Both the position numbers and the translations under genes were made by a program. From contig JAPETS010000071.1 in NCBI GenBank assembly GCA_026023565.1, positions 1 to 64,000 of the forward strand: a DNA stretch of 64,000 nt. The letters are read 5' to 3'. The notes under the pieces were generated by a model. The model was not told the DNA's origin. It made no database searches and saw nothing but the letters and a program-made list of their open reading frames with translations. The first letter of the stretch is position 1. Each line of letters begins with the position of its first letter. Below are positions 1-18,728 of this stretch, piece by piece. The DNA is from Cirrosporium novae-zelandiae. Taxonomy: Eukaryota.

Positions 1-5567
<5,567 letters not shown>

Positions 5568-5607
5568 GAACCCCTTTTTAGTATTCTACTTCTCTTCCTT
5601 TGTGACA
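5568..5607 (-). repeat. First ~40 bp of a second LTR of the same family, the probable target of a nested insertion
   Basis: A second TGTCACAAAGGAAGAGAAGTAGA start lies directly next to the first LTR start. Confidence 0.65.
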
Positions 5608-6249
5608 CTCTATACTTTGAAAGTATGGGACAGACATTTATTATGTACAGACTACAATACATCTCAAACCAAATCGGAAAATTTTCGGTGAATACAATAT
5701 CAATATAAGTCATAACCCTATTATTTATTTTACCTGAAGGGCCCCCCAGAAACCGACAAGCAAAAAAGTTATTTAATTCCTTTCTTACTTTATCACTTCC
5801 TAATCACTATATAACAACCTTCTTCTTTTATCAATTCCCCACTATTAAATGACAATCATTATCATCATCATTAAATACATATTTCTTAAAGGAAACAGAC
5901 TTAACAACACCCCTCCTACTATCTAAACTAGAAAAAAAAAAGAGAATAAATATTCAATAACTTATAAAAGATACCAGTGTTTTTTGCTATATAGCCCAGC
6001 TACATCATAATAATAAATATTCGTAATAATATGGTTTATTGCTATTACTTTTATTATTCCAGACCCCCTGTCCTTGAGCCAGCCTTAATTAAGTCTTTTT
6101 TAACCCTCAGGGCTTTGGAACTTTTGGAATTTTAAAATTCAAGAATTATAGGTACTTATTATTTACTCTATCAAACGTATTCGAGTAATAATTACTATCG
6201 TTAATAAAAAACGCTTTTTGGTGATCCCACGCCACTAAATCAATTCATT

Positions 6250-9200
6250 ATTGTGACGACCGTTATACGAAACAGTTAACGTTTATTTAAGGTTTATAAA
6301 ATCTAGCAGCAGTGGGGAAATATCGGGGGCTGGGAGAATACGTGCCGTCAGCGAGAATTAGACGGATACGAGAGGGCGACAGTATCTAAAAAACGAATCG
6401 AACGAATTAGGGCAAAATCTTATAATAAAATCTAGCGATTCGGTACTACGATCCCTATTCCAAAAAAAAAACGACCAAACGGGGAAACGTCGTCGAAAAA
6501 TCTTACGAAAAAAAAAAAGCTCTAAAAAAAAATAGATTAATAACCGGGATATTTTAATCGAATAAACGGCTAAATATATAGTAATACGTATGCTTCCCGC
6601 AATCGGGGAAAAAGTATACCAGGCTCTAAAGGCCGACGATTTTACGGTACAGTTACGGGAGATATTTTTCGGTTTAAAAACCCGAATAATCGCTCTAGAA
6701 AAACGAGGCAATAAAACTATAAAGGTTTAGAAAAAAAACCAAGAAAAATTATATATAATTGAATAAAAGTTTTTAATAATTAAAAAAATAATTATAATAA
6801 TAATCCAAATATTATAAATCCGGGTAAAAACCGCAGAAATTATATATAACGGGGCGGAAAATTCTATAAATAGGGGTTATATAATCCCGGTAATTAGACC
6901 CGAACGAGCAATAAAAAAAAAAAAAATAGTATTCTCCCTAATAACGCCCCGAGCGGGTATAATAGCCGGATCGTAGGTATCTAGCACGCGGATAATAATA
7001 TAAACGAATAAAGAAACCTAGAAAAGTCTTTAATAAACGGCAAAAATAATTAAACAGGAGGCTCTACCGCTAGTATCGAAAGCCCCGAAACAGGGTCCTA
7101 TAAAAATAACGCCGGAATCTACGGGATTTATTTATACCAAAATAATCAATAAAATAATAGATAAATCTAATAGGGAATAACAAATAATTAAACCCCGTAA
7201 AAAAGAACGCACTGGTTCCGCAGACGGAAATATAAAAACTGAAAATCAGAAAATACTGATTTTTAATAAAGAAAAAACCGAATATTCGGGTTTTATAGTA
7301 CCAGTAGTAACGGCGATTAACGCCAAATTGATTGATTTAGACGTACCGCCTGAATTACGGATACGAGAAACCTATATTAATAAAAAAAATAATCTAAAAA
7401 CCACGTTCGATAGGAAAACTAATACGGGTATATTAATACCCAAATATAAGTAGGAGATCTTAAGGGCCGCAGCGAGGGTGGATAGCGCGATAATGGATAT
7501 ACGCCTACTAGAAACCCTGTATTAAACAAAAATACAGGGAATACCCTTAGAAATATTTGGGGGTCCAGATAGGCTAAATCTAATAAAAAAAAATTTAGAA
7601 AATACGTATTAATTACCCCGCGACACGGTAGTCGTATAAATGATACCGGAGAAATACCGTTAGAAATAAATACGAACCGGGTTTGTATTAAAAAAATATA
7701 TTATTTCGGTCAAAATAAGGCTCCCGCTTATAATATACGAAAAATAAAGAATCGAAAACTATTATTTGGCGGGACGTAGGTTTCGATATACCCGATAATT
7801 CACGCTAAAAATAAATAAAGCGTGCCCAAAATACGCCTAATTGGGGTATAAATTATTCCTGGAATATAGGGATAGAGCCCCTAAGTGTATTATATACGCG
7901 GAAATATACGAAACGTAAGATCACCGGTATCGGATAATAGAATATAAACCCGCGTATACGGGGGTTTATATATATATTTTATTGAAATGTGTAAACTGTC
8001 TAGGCCCCTATATAGCTATAGACGGAAGGTGCCCAATTACCCGAAAAATAAAAATAGAATATACGAGGAAAAAACACCGAAAAAACGTTATATAGTCGTT
8101 CTACGTACTAATCCCCCCAAAAAAAAAATAAATCTAGAAAATCTTAGCTAAAAACTAAAAATTCCCAAACCCTAAAAAAAAACGGGGGAAAAAACGTAAA
8201 TAATACCCGAAATACCGATAATACCGAAAATACCGGTAATACCCGTACCGTAGATAAATAGCGATATATCCGAATTATAAATAAAAATACTATAATATAA
8301 TTATTATAGAAAATACGATATAACGATCGTAATCCTAGAATCGGTTATATAAACCGGAACGGATATAATATTATTACAGGAACCTGGTCAAAAACTAGAG
8401 AAAGGAATATTATACCTGGTGTAGGATTTTTATTGGCCCGAATTAGGGGCCTAAACGGGATATAAAACCGTAAAAACGGTTATTACTATACGTAAAAATC
8501 GAAAAAATATCGTTTTTAAAATAATTATAAAAACCGATTTAATTAACTATTTTTATTTCGTAGCGCTGGATATTAATATAATAAACGCAGGCGGAAAAAC
8601 AGAAAATCCGGTCAGAATAATTAACGTCTACGATCAAAAATTGAAAGGCGTATATTTCTGGGAATAAAACCGATAGCAAAAATTTAGAAAAATTTTATAA
8701 AATATAGAATAAAAACCTATTTTTAATAATAATAAAATAATATTAATAGAGGATTTTAATATTTATAATCTAATATAAGAATCTAAACGGATTATTTGCG
8801 TGGACGACGCGCTTTTAATAACGTTTATAAAAAAATAGGGTTTAATAATATAGAACGATACCGTTTAAAATATTTAATTCGGAAAAAAATCGGTTCGTTA
8901 TTTAATAATTGATTTAATAATAATTAATCCCGTGATAAAGCCGTTTTAAAAATAATTAATAAACGTGGTAACCGATAACGCAAATAATAAATTAAGAACT
9001 AGTTCAGATCACGTTTTTATTTAATTCGAATAAAGGGGTTACCGTCTAAAAACAGGCCAGCCAACCCCAAATTTATAGGATTTAAAACCGCTAGAAAACC
9101 CCTAACAGCAAATTAAAGCGAAACAAAAATAGGAGTTCTAATTAATTATAAAAAATATATTAGCTATAGATTATACGGAAACGCAGCTGGAAAACGAGAT

Positions 9201-12200
9201 ATAAAAGATTATTACCCAACTAAAAACTATTCTAAATAAATATATAAAACCTAAACGGGTATACGTCTGGTCGAAAATTTAGTGGGACCCCGAATACACC
9301 ACCAAAAAATACGAATATTGTATAGCGTTTAGAAAAACGAAATAAAAACGCCAGATTTACGGAAAAATTAAAACGGTATTTAGGGAATTTATAAAACTAA
9401 TTAAAATTAAAAAAAAAAATAAATAAACCGATTTTTTTTAAATATATATAAGGGGAGACGATCTAAACAAATCTCTAAATCCCGAAAATATTTAACGGGG
9501 ATAAAAAATATTAAAATACTGTAAATCTTAAAACCGAAACCCGATACCAGCGCTCCGTATAAAAGACGGGAGAATAACGGTAGAAATTAAAAATAAAAAA
9601 ATTTTTATATAGGAACGAATTTTTCCGCTATTCCTAAAAAACCCCGAATCTCGGTTTCCGATAAAAGGGGTATTCGTTCAACAATTGTTTAAAAAAATAG
9701 TACGGAAAACGTTATACGTACAAAATACGAATAAAGTTTTAAAATATAACGGAGCCTAATTTAGGGCGCTCCGTATATTATAATAATAGGATCCCTATAA
9801 AATAATAGGGGTAATCCGATATTGTTTCCGATTAAAGTATTATCCGACGTAATAAAAATATATCCGGAGAATATTATTATTTAAACCCGGAAAAACCGAT
9901 AAAATATTAATTAAAAATTATAGAATGATAAACCTATTATATTGTTTAAATAAAATAATCGAAAAAATTATAATTAATACGCTAGCGGATATATACGAAA
10001 ATCTAAATAAATTATATAAAAATTAATTTAGATCGAAATATAACCGGAACGTAATCGATACGTTTACGTATCTGATATACCGAATAAAAAAAAGATTTAA
10101 TCGAAAATAAATAATTTATATTTTATTTATAAACGTGAAAAAAGCGTTTAATTATATATTACGGTTTAGATTAATATAACGCTTAAAATAATTAGAAATC
10201 GATAGAAATATTATTAAATAAATAACCAATTTTATAATTTAACGAAACGTCGAATTAATAATCGACGGAGAGATACAACCCCGAATCAGTATAAAAACGG
10301 GGGTACCGCAAGAATTATCCGTATCCCCAATATTATTCCTAATATATTGCAGCGGGCTATTCGCAACCGTAGAATAGGCGGTTTTTAGGGTTAAAACTCT
10401 ATTATTCGTAAATAACGTGAGCTTCTCGACTATCTATATAAATAATAAATAAGCCCGGAAAACCATCTAACAAACAGCGAAGGCGGCGGTTCAATAGAGA
10501 AAAAAAATAGGCTAGAATTCGACGTCTAAAAAATTGAGATTATAGCGTTTTTTAGACTACGTAAACACTAAATTTAGGTGAATACGAAACCGAAAATTAG
10601 GGTCGATAATCACCCGATCGAATATAAAAAAGATTACGTACGGTAATTAGATATATAGCTAGACCCGAAACTTAATTTCCAAATCTACCACGCCCAGCGC
10701 CTAATTAAGGCCAGGCGCGCGGAAAACGCAATTAGGTATATATATTACCGAAACGGGCTATCTACGGGGCTTGCGCGCTAGATAGCCGTAGCGACGATAG
10801 TGTTAATCTATATATACGGGTGCGAGATCTGGTGGAAGGGGCAGGTCGGGTATTAAATAGAATTTCAAAAACTGCTGAATAGGTTTGTAAAATTAATAAC
10901 GGAAATTTATAAAATAACCCCAATAATAGCGGTTATACAGAAAATCTGTATATATCCCGCAGACGTAATACTAAATACCGCGCAAAAAAAATATAGATTT
11001 CGGTATTTTTAAAAAACCGAAAAAAATCTAACGAACCTAATATTACCGATAATATTCAAAATAAAGGACGCAAACGTTTAATTAAAAAAACAATCGTTAG
11101 AAAATTTCTAATAAATTTAAAAAATTAAAAAAAATACGTTAAACCAATATTTAATTATAACGACAGCCTAAAAAATAATAAACCCGAGTTTTAGGGTCGA
11201 AAAAGCCCAAATAACCGAAGAAAATAAGTTTTTAAAAAAAATAATAATATTTTTAGAATAATAGGCCCTCAGCGAAACACTAGCGTAGGACTGGAAAAAC
11301 GTATATTGGTCGGACGGATCTAGGCTAGAAAACCGTAAGGTAGAGGCGGGAATAACCTAGAAAACAGCCGAAAAAATTTTATAGACGATACGGAAATATT
11401 ATTTAGATTAAAATAAAAAGGTATTTGATATAAAGTTTTAGGGAACGCAAACGGCCTTATAAATAGCGGCTAGAGCGTACCCGAATAATTATAAAACCCC
11501 CGGAAAAAAAATATTATTATTATTTGATTCGCAAGCGGCTATCAGGCGGATCGAAAAAAAAGGGTTAGGAGGGGGCCAAACGATCGTATAAAGGATATAC
11601 GAGTATACCAAATATCTAATAGATTAAGGGGCGAAAATCGCTATTAAATGGGTTCTAGGGTATTACGGGGTACCAAAGAACGAAATAGTAAATTAAACGG
11701 CCAAAATAAATATAGCGCTAAAGAATAATAGAATAATCGAATAGATTTCGCTGGTCTATATAGCCCGTAATATAATTAAAAAACGGGTAATAAAAACGTA
11801 CAACCAGCTGCGTAATTAAGGGGCAAAAAAATCGCCTGATAGGCTATATCGAATACACCCGAGATATAAAAAAGATCGGGTGCTAGAATACGCGTTTAAA
11901 GGGTTGGTAGATAGGCTTTATTAAATAAGAACGGGGCACGCCGCCACCGGGGAGTATATATACCGCACGAAAGCTGTTACTACCCCGGAATATTAGTGGT
12001 ATGGGGTTTTATATTAAAATATTCCTTATTTAATATTAATATACCCGCGCTGGAAAGCGGCTAGAGCCCAGTTGCGGGGAGCAGTGGAAAAATAGGGGGG
12101 CCAGTGGCCCAGTATAGCCGAAAAAGAAAAACTAGTATTCGTATTAGGGGACCGAAGGTTCTTTAAAGATTAGGTGCGCTTTTTGGGCAATACGGAGGTG

Positions 12201-12647
12201 GGGAAACCCCAGTCCTGGGCCAGACACGAAACGGAAAATCGTGAGGCGTACCTGGATTGGGGGTGGGTAGAACCCGGACACGGGGGGGATGAGGACCCGG
12301 ACGAAATAGGTGTTGGGTAAGAGCGGGGTCCGTAGTAGATACGCGGGGTGAGCGCATGCGAGAGCAAGGACTGAAAAAATCGAAAATAGGTGCGAGTGGG
12401 CCTATTTATAGGCTACGAACACCGAAATAGCGCTAAAAAACTATCCGGTTAGATAAGTCAGGTGATTCTAGGAAACCCAAAGAGGGGGGGAAGCTATATA
12501 GCCGAACCAGGGGGGTGACCCCCACCATCTTAGCTAAAAATAAGCCCGAAAGGGGATACGAAAGGGTCTAAAAACCCCCGAGTAGAGTCCATCATAGCTT
12601 CTAAGCGGTATATGGATATAAAACAATGAATAATCATCATCATCATT
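6250..12647 (+). mobile_element. Non-LTR retrotransposon (Tad1/I-like LINE with RNase H), near full length, RIP-inactivated; 5' boundary approximate
   Basis: ORF1 remnant with CCHC knuckles at ~7830-8040. ORF2 endonuclease motifs IILLQEP (~8368), INVY (~8620), xDFN (~8750) and SDH (~9005). RT motifs YRxIxLL (~9920), DVKxAF-like (~10130), GVPQ.xxVSPILF (~10300) and FVDDV-like (~10405). RNase H motifs WSDGS (~11307), DSQAAI (~11525) and KWVxG..GVPxNE (~11646), then RTGH (~11930). Ends in an (ATC)n tail at ~12632-12647. Confidence 0.9.
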
Positions 12648-13548
12648 ACCTACCCCATCTATCTACCTTCCTCATAGACCTCCCTTCACTCCCTTCACTT
12701 CCTTACCCCCTCACTACACTACACTTCTCCCCCCCCCCAATACCCTAAAAAAAACTAGTATGGCAGAGTAAGTAAGTAGGTAGGTAATCCCTACTTACTC
12801 ATATACAACCACACCCAGAAAAGTTATATTTGCTTTTTATTTTGTATAAGTGAAAGCTCGCTCGCATATATTATATCATACTTTTTTTTTTTTTATATCT
12901 TTTTTGGCGATTATCTTATTTTTAACTATCACTTTTATTAACACAAATAAAAATTCTATTATTCACAAACTATCTATATCCTATACGTACGTACACTAAC
13001 TCTACGATCACTAGGAATAGGAATTTTAGTTTATGTTTTAGGTTTTTTTTTTTCCTTATATCAAAAATCTGAAAATTTCGTACAACTCTATGAGTATGCA
13101 GATCTGCTCTATCACAACTAGTGTCAGTGGTTTTTTTACCCCGATATTTTTGGGGGGGGGGGGTAGCGTTCAGTGTGTTGAAAAAAAAAAAAAGTCACTA
13201 CTGACCTGATACTACGGCGGCTATCCTGGTTTTGGGGAGGTGGTGGAGAGGAGGGAATGGAGAGGGGATAATGAATGATGGGGAAGGAATGGTGTGGATT
13301 TAGGGGTTGTAGGTAGGTAGGTAGGTAGGTAGTTAAACAACATCCCTCTGGGTATTTTAGAAAAAATATGGCATGTCTACCGGAAATTTTATTTGGTTGT
13401 AGGTAAGTATAGTAGAACACCAGTGTGTAATGTAATGTAATGTAATGAATGGCCTATGACTACGGGCTCTGGGATGGGATGGGTTATCTTAAGTTCGGGT
13501 CTGACACCTCCCTCCCCCACAAACACAAACACGAACCTACTCATCAAC

Positions 13549-15092
13549 TCAACAGCTCCACCTCCCCCCTTCTTCCTTCTCCCCCTTCCCATCACACCCT
13601 CTTTCCCCCTTTAACCTCTCAACCTCCCTCGCTAACTTCTCCCTCTGCCTCCGGACTACCTCTAAAATCTCCTCACACCCCTTTCCCTCCTCTCCAACCC
13701 CTTTACTCTCCCCCTCCTTCCCTCCACCCCCCACAACCTCCATAAACCCCAACACAGCCCCCAACTGATTAGGCAACCACTCCACAATCGGACTCCCCCC
13801 CGTCGCAGTCCCATGCCTCGACCTCTTCAAAATATATTCCCTCGTAAAACTCCAATGACGATATCGAAAAATTCTGATTTCGTTCAAAGCTAATAGATAT
13901 AGTCTAGAGGAGGAAGAAGGGGAATTAGAAAGGGCAAAGGAAAGGGGGGAATGAAGGGTGGAGAGGGTGGAGATGTGGGAGAGGAAATGGCGGTGGTTTG
14001 AGGGGCGGTAGAGGCGGAAGTCGTGGAGGATTTTGGTTAGGGGATTGGGGGGGAAGGGGATTTGGAGGAGGAGGTCCATGAGGGGGATCTATAGAGGTGT
14101 GTTAGTGTAGTAGTAGGGGAGAGAGGGTTAAGAAGGGGGGGATTATAACATACCATACTATCATTAGCCCCACTCTCCCCCCTCAAAAACATAGGCTCCT
14201 CACAAACCCCCTCATACACCACCCCCTTCGGAAACATGCTCTGATTCTTAATCCCAAAGATAAAAGTCCGAAAGCTATTATATTCGGCCGGTTTACTCTT
14301 ACTCCACATCTCTTCCATGACCGTATTAATCTTCTTCAACGCCTCCGTCACCTCGATCAGTCCCTCGTTGAAAGCATCTCTGTCCTTTCTTTCACATGCG
14401 GAGAGGACTTTGAGGGCTCCCAATACGAGATGCGGGGAGTGTGCTACCATGGCGACGTGCACAAGGATGAAACCGGCTTCGGAAGAGGTAGGGTCGTACC
14501 CACGCTCGAAGGCGCGGATGAGGCGGAGGTTTGAGTATGTGAGCCCTAGGGATGGGTCCGCGAGGCGGTAGTTGTATAGAGCGTAGGAGCCAGCATATTC
14601 CATGAAGGGTTTGAACCCCGCGAGGGCAGCGACTTTGGCGAGGGGTTTTGCGATTGTGGCAGGGAGGCAGTCGCGCGCGAGGCCGTAGGGCTCGTTGTTC
14701 AGGAAGCGTAGGTGACAGGGCTCCAGGAGATAGGCGGAGGCGAGGAAGGAGTAGTCCCTGTAGAGGGCGTTCATCAGGGGCAGGTTGTGCGAGTATTTGG
14801 AAATGGCGAGGCTAAGGTCGGGGAGTTCGGAGAGGACAGTGGAGCCTAGGGTGCCCTGAGCCAGCAGGCCGGGGGTCCCGGCTAGGGTTTGGATCGGCAT
14901 GCGTGTGAGGAGGGACTCTAGGATGGAGAAGTCGGGGGGGAGGGTTACGATCGGGTCGGCGCGCGGAAGGAAGCCCCGTGTGGTTGAGACCATAAAGGCG
15001 GGGAGGGTGGTGTCGTTGGGTTTGGTGTCGTCTAGGACGTGGAAGGATGGGACTGAAGTTGGGGTTGGGGTTGGGGTATCTATGTCTGCCAT
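13549..15092 (-). CDS. Indoleamine 2,3-dioxygenase family protein (fungal IDO-gamma-like); 2 exons, intron 14089-14153
   Basis: Motifs RGFLP, YRDYSFLASAYLLEP, SEAGFILVHV, RGESGANDS, YRP..HR.F and HGTATGGSPIVEWLPNQL. A GT..CTAAC..AG intron joins ORFs 14037-15116 and 13549-14079 in frame. Confidence 0.9.
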
Positions 15093-16812
15093 GATGATGA
15101 TGATAATGATGATCACTTGGGGTAGTCGAAGAAAAAAAAATAGGTAGAAAGAAATTTAACAAGTGTCCAGGGTCGTGATTCGATAACGACGTGCACAGAA
15201 CCGAAAAGGGAAATCGGGTCCCAGAGGGGAGGGCTTGGAGGCTGTATATATCCACAGTGGCCGGAATTCGTTCCGGCCAGGATGTACATGGGCAGCAATA
15301 ACATAAATGCAATGTAATAGGTAACTGTACAACGAAATTCACCACATGATCTCTCCTCCCCCCTTCTCTAGGGATCTCTTAACAACATAAACAATGTAGA
15401 TTTGAAGTAGAAATAGCTGTGTTGAAAAACCCCATTCGGAAGTGGATTTTTCTTTTTATCATTGTTCTCTGAAAAGACAGATACACAAAGCCGCGGGGGT
15501 CTGCAGCGCCCTTGCTGAGACCTCTTTTTCTTTTGGTGGTTACTCGTTATTCGGCTCTTTCAAAAGGAGAGGGAGAAAATATTCCCCCTTCGTTATCGTA
15601 CACCATATTGAGCGAACTCGCAAATCCACGACAGATGATTTTGTTGGTGAGTCTACTGCTGTAACCCCTAATTGGTCGATTTGGTGGGGTTTTCGGAGTA
15701 AGGAGGGTGAAGCTACTCAATAGATCTCGGAGGCCGGAATGAGTTGCGGTCGGTTATTCTCGGAAGATAAGCAGAATAAGGTTTAGCGCATCCGGAAATG
15801 CAAGATCTTGCAAAAAGCTTAATTGAAGGTCCCCCTTGATCCCTGCAATTATTTGTATTGCACAACATTTGGGAAATAGAAAATGGGAGGTTTTTTTTTG
15901 TGTTATGGAGTGACAACGATGGTGATTCCCTCCTCGCAAATCGAAAAAAAAAATATTTAAAAAAAATTGTATGGGTTGATTTACCCAGGTGAGTGGGTGA
16001 CTTGTTTTATTTCGTTCGTCCTAATAGGTGTAAGCATCCATCCAATGTTGTTCATTATGTTAATAGCTCTCAAGCTTCCAAGCTTTGCATACTATTTTTT
16101 TTCCTCCGGAAGTTAGCATAAATTTTCTGATGATGACTTCATTTTATTGTCCGCATGTCGAGCATAAATCTTCGAAAGGCCGTTTTTAGTAATGTATGTC
16201 ATAATTATATGGTTGCTTAAGCAGAGGTTAATACATATTTTCCCCCTTATGCTAGAGTACAGTATCCTATCAAGGCAATCGTCCTATTTACAATCCTATC
16301 CACCAATATCACCAAATATCCATTCCGTACCTAAAAGAAAATTATATATTTAATCAAAGCTCTAGTATATGATTGATAAGTATCCATTCTTGTGTTCTAT
16401 TGTTGGTCTTGTCTTTCATAATATGCATTATTGTTGGTGGCTGTTTCCGTATCAAGATAGACCATCAAAGTTATCTATTGACATCCACAGCTCTGGTCCG
16501 ACAGATAACTGTAAAAGCCAAGGCCAGGAAGAATTCTACTTGAATATACCCAAGGTGATCTCTTGTTGTTGGATTCAAATAAGGGAAGAGGTAGCTTGAC
16601 ATTTCAATCTCGGCCGAGTTTAGAAAGAGGGGGATTTCTGACTACCCCTCCAGCTTCTCCTCCAGTTTCTCCTCCAACCACTTCTTCTCATCACAACCAT
16701 ACCATGTTGTCTTCTTAATCCGTGACACATTCATTCACAATCTTCCATCTCGTCCATCACATTCAAATCCTCCACTCAACAATCCTCAAGGACCTCTCAC
16801 CAGTCATTCAAG

Positions 16813-17523
16813 ATGTCCTCATCAACCACACCATCCTCACCTCAATCACACCAAACCTTAGCTGATCACTCTAAAACGCCTCCTAAACAACCTCCACGTC
16901 ATCTCCTAGACCTTCCTCAAGAAATCGTTGACAATATCATCTCGTTCCTGCGCCCTGCCGCTCTTTGTACCCTCAGCCAGATCAACCATTACTTCTACCG
17001 CATTCTCTCCCCCAAGACAAAAGAGTTTGACTGTCAACAGGTTGCCGAATATCTACGCTTTAGGGAATCTTGGCCCAAGCGAACCAACAATGAACAGCTT
17101 ATTTGCTTTGCTTGTTTGAGGGAGTTGCCTACGAGCAAGTTTCCTGATGTCCATACTTGCATAGTCATGCGGATCGGAGGACCTTATAATCGAGTGTGTA
17201 ATTTCTGCGTCAATGAATATCGTTGTAGGGGGAAATACTATCTCAACGGATGCGCCGCCATGTCTTGCAAGATTTGTTTCCAGTTTAAGTATGGATCTCA
17301 GCTGGAGTTCAATATTCCTTTCGATCTTTGGGTTTGCGGAGCTTGCTGGAATCGACAAGTCCAAAAAGTGAAGTCAGAGGGAGTAGTGGGTGGCTGCCGG
17401 AGCGAAGCAATTTGTCAACTGCGCCGTCGACTGAGGGATAACGGTGTTTATGTTGGCCAGGACGACTATCCTGCATCACGGTCATTACCTTGGCCATACT
17501 GCAACTCACCACCGTTTCAATAG
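16813..17523 (+). CDS. F-box protein with Cys-rich C-terminus (four CxxC pairs)
   Basis: LLDLPQEIVDNIISFL...LCTLSQIN fits the F-box consensus. Followed by CFAC, CNFC, CKIC and CGAC. 236-aa single-exon ORF. Confidence 0.75.
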   Translation: MSSSTTPSSPQSHQTLADHSKTPPKQPPRHLLDLPQEIVDNIISFLRPAALCTLSQINHYFYRILSPKTKEFDCQQVAEYLRFRESWPKRTNNEQLICFACLRELPTSKFPDVHTCIVMRIGGPYNRVCNFCVNEYRCRGKYYLNGCAAMSCKICFQFKYGSQLEFNIPFDLWVCGACWNRQVQKVKSEGVVGGCRSEAICQLRRRLRDNGVYVGQDDYPASRSLPWPYCNSPPFQ

Positions 17524-18011
17524 ACATAGCCTACAAGCGGAATCCGAGATATGAACCCGAGGCTCGAGGCCAAGGCTCCATTGACACGGGGGAATGTAGT
17601 CGCAATATCCACACAAGATCAAAAAATGTTCACTTCATACTATTAGTTGATAGATTACCAACCTCGGACGCATTATTCTAGACAGCTTTTAGATAGGTTC
17701 TAGGGATTGGAAACATAAAACTCTACCAAATTCCTCCACTGTCTTTATGATTTCCTAAAAGGCCTATTAGATACTCTTAAAACACCCCTTAAGTCATAAA
17801 GCTGACATCATTCGGTTCCAGAGCTACACCTTTTCTTCTAAACTGACCCCACAACAATTAGGAATTACCCCTAGCCCAGTTCCAATATCCAAAATCAACA
17901 CCTACTCGCCATTTGTATCCAGTGGACCTTCAAACAAGACCCTAGAAGCCCCTGAGAATATATCTAGTCCTATAAATGTCGTTGCTTGTTTTATTCCATC
18001 TTATATCAATA

Positions 18012-18728
18012 TCATGAGACTCCAGGGAAGAACATCCTAAGATCACTAACATCTGTATCCAATGAATTATGTGGGCTCGGTACCGAGGCACTATGAATAG
18101 TTGGTATGCTTAATATTGGCTTGTTTGAAACAAGAGTGAATGTGCTTGTGATAATAGCCACGCTCGAGGAGAAGGATGTAGTTGGAATTAACGTCTGCTG
18201 TTCAGGCGGCGGCGGCGGAGTAAAGTCGGCCGGTGGTCTGACCGAAACAAAGTTCGGAAAGTAGAAGCTGACAGGTACATCGATATAGACCGACGAGGAT
18301 GTCTGTGGTGAGCTAGTACTAGAAGATATCGCCGGCGGTTCCGAAGCAGTAATTGTTGGAGGAATCTGACATGAGACACTGGCTACAGAATGATATGAGA
18401 ATTGCTGGTCGATCAACGAATCCACTAATTTGAAGAGATCTTGAGTAAGATGTCGAAGGTCCTCTATTTCGGATTTAGGAATTGTAAGGAAAAGTTCGAG
18501 ATCTCGCATTTCAGGAATGCTATTGACCAATGTGTCGGATTCTAGAGACAATTGCCTTTCTCGAAGCACATCTCGAAGTTCGACTGCTTGCTGAAGCGAA
18601 TTCGAAGTCGATTTATGGCGTGGACTTCGATGATGGGTATGGTATCGTCGGTATTGGCCATGGACAGCTAGAGTGGAAGTTATTAGGCTGATAAAGCAGA
18701 GAGTCTGGAGGAATGGTAATAGAAACAT
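18012..18728 (-). CDS. Hypothetical secreted Ser/Thr/Pro-rich protein
   Basis: 238-aa ORF with a hydrophobic signal-peptide-like start (MFLLPFLQTLCFISLITSTLA), a His/Arg patch and an S/T/P-rich tail. The 3' end is uncertain. Confidence 0.5.
   Translation of the reverse strand: MFLLPFLQTLCFISLITSTLAVHGQYRRYHTHHRSPRHKSTSNSLQQAVELRDVLRERQLSLESDTLVNSIPEMRDLELFLTIPKSEIEDLRHLTQDLFKLVDSLIDQQFSYHSVASVSCQIPPTITASEPPAISSSTSSPQTSSSVYIDVPVSFYFPNFVSVRPPADFTPPPPPEQQTLIPTTSFSSSVAIITSTFTLVSNKPILSIPTIHSASVPSPHNSLDTDVSDLRMFFPGVS

Noticed and set aside
6152..6160. TACTTATT as a mutated target-site duplication of the LINE 3' flank TACCTACC
   Set aside because: Too short, and it needs three assumed mutations; the LINE 5' boundary remains undefined.
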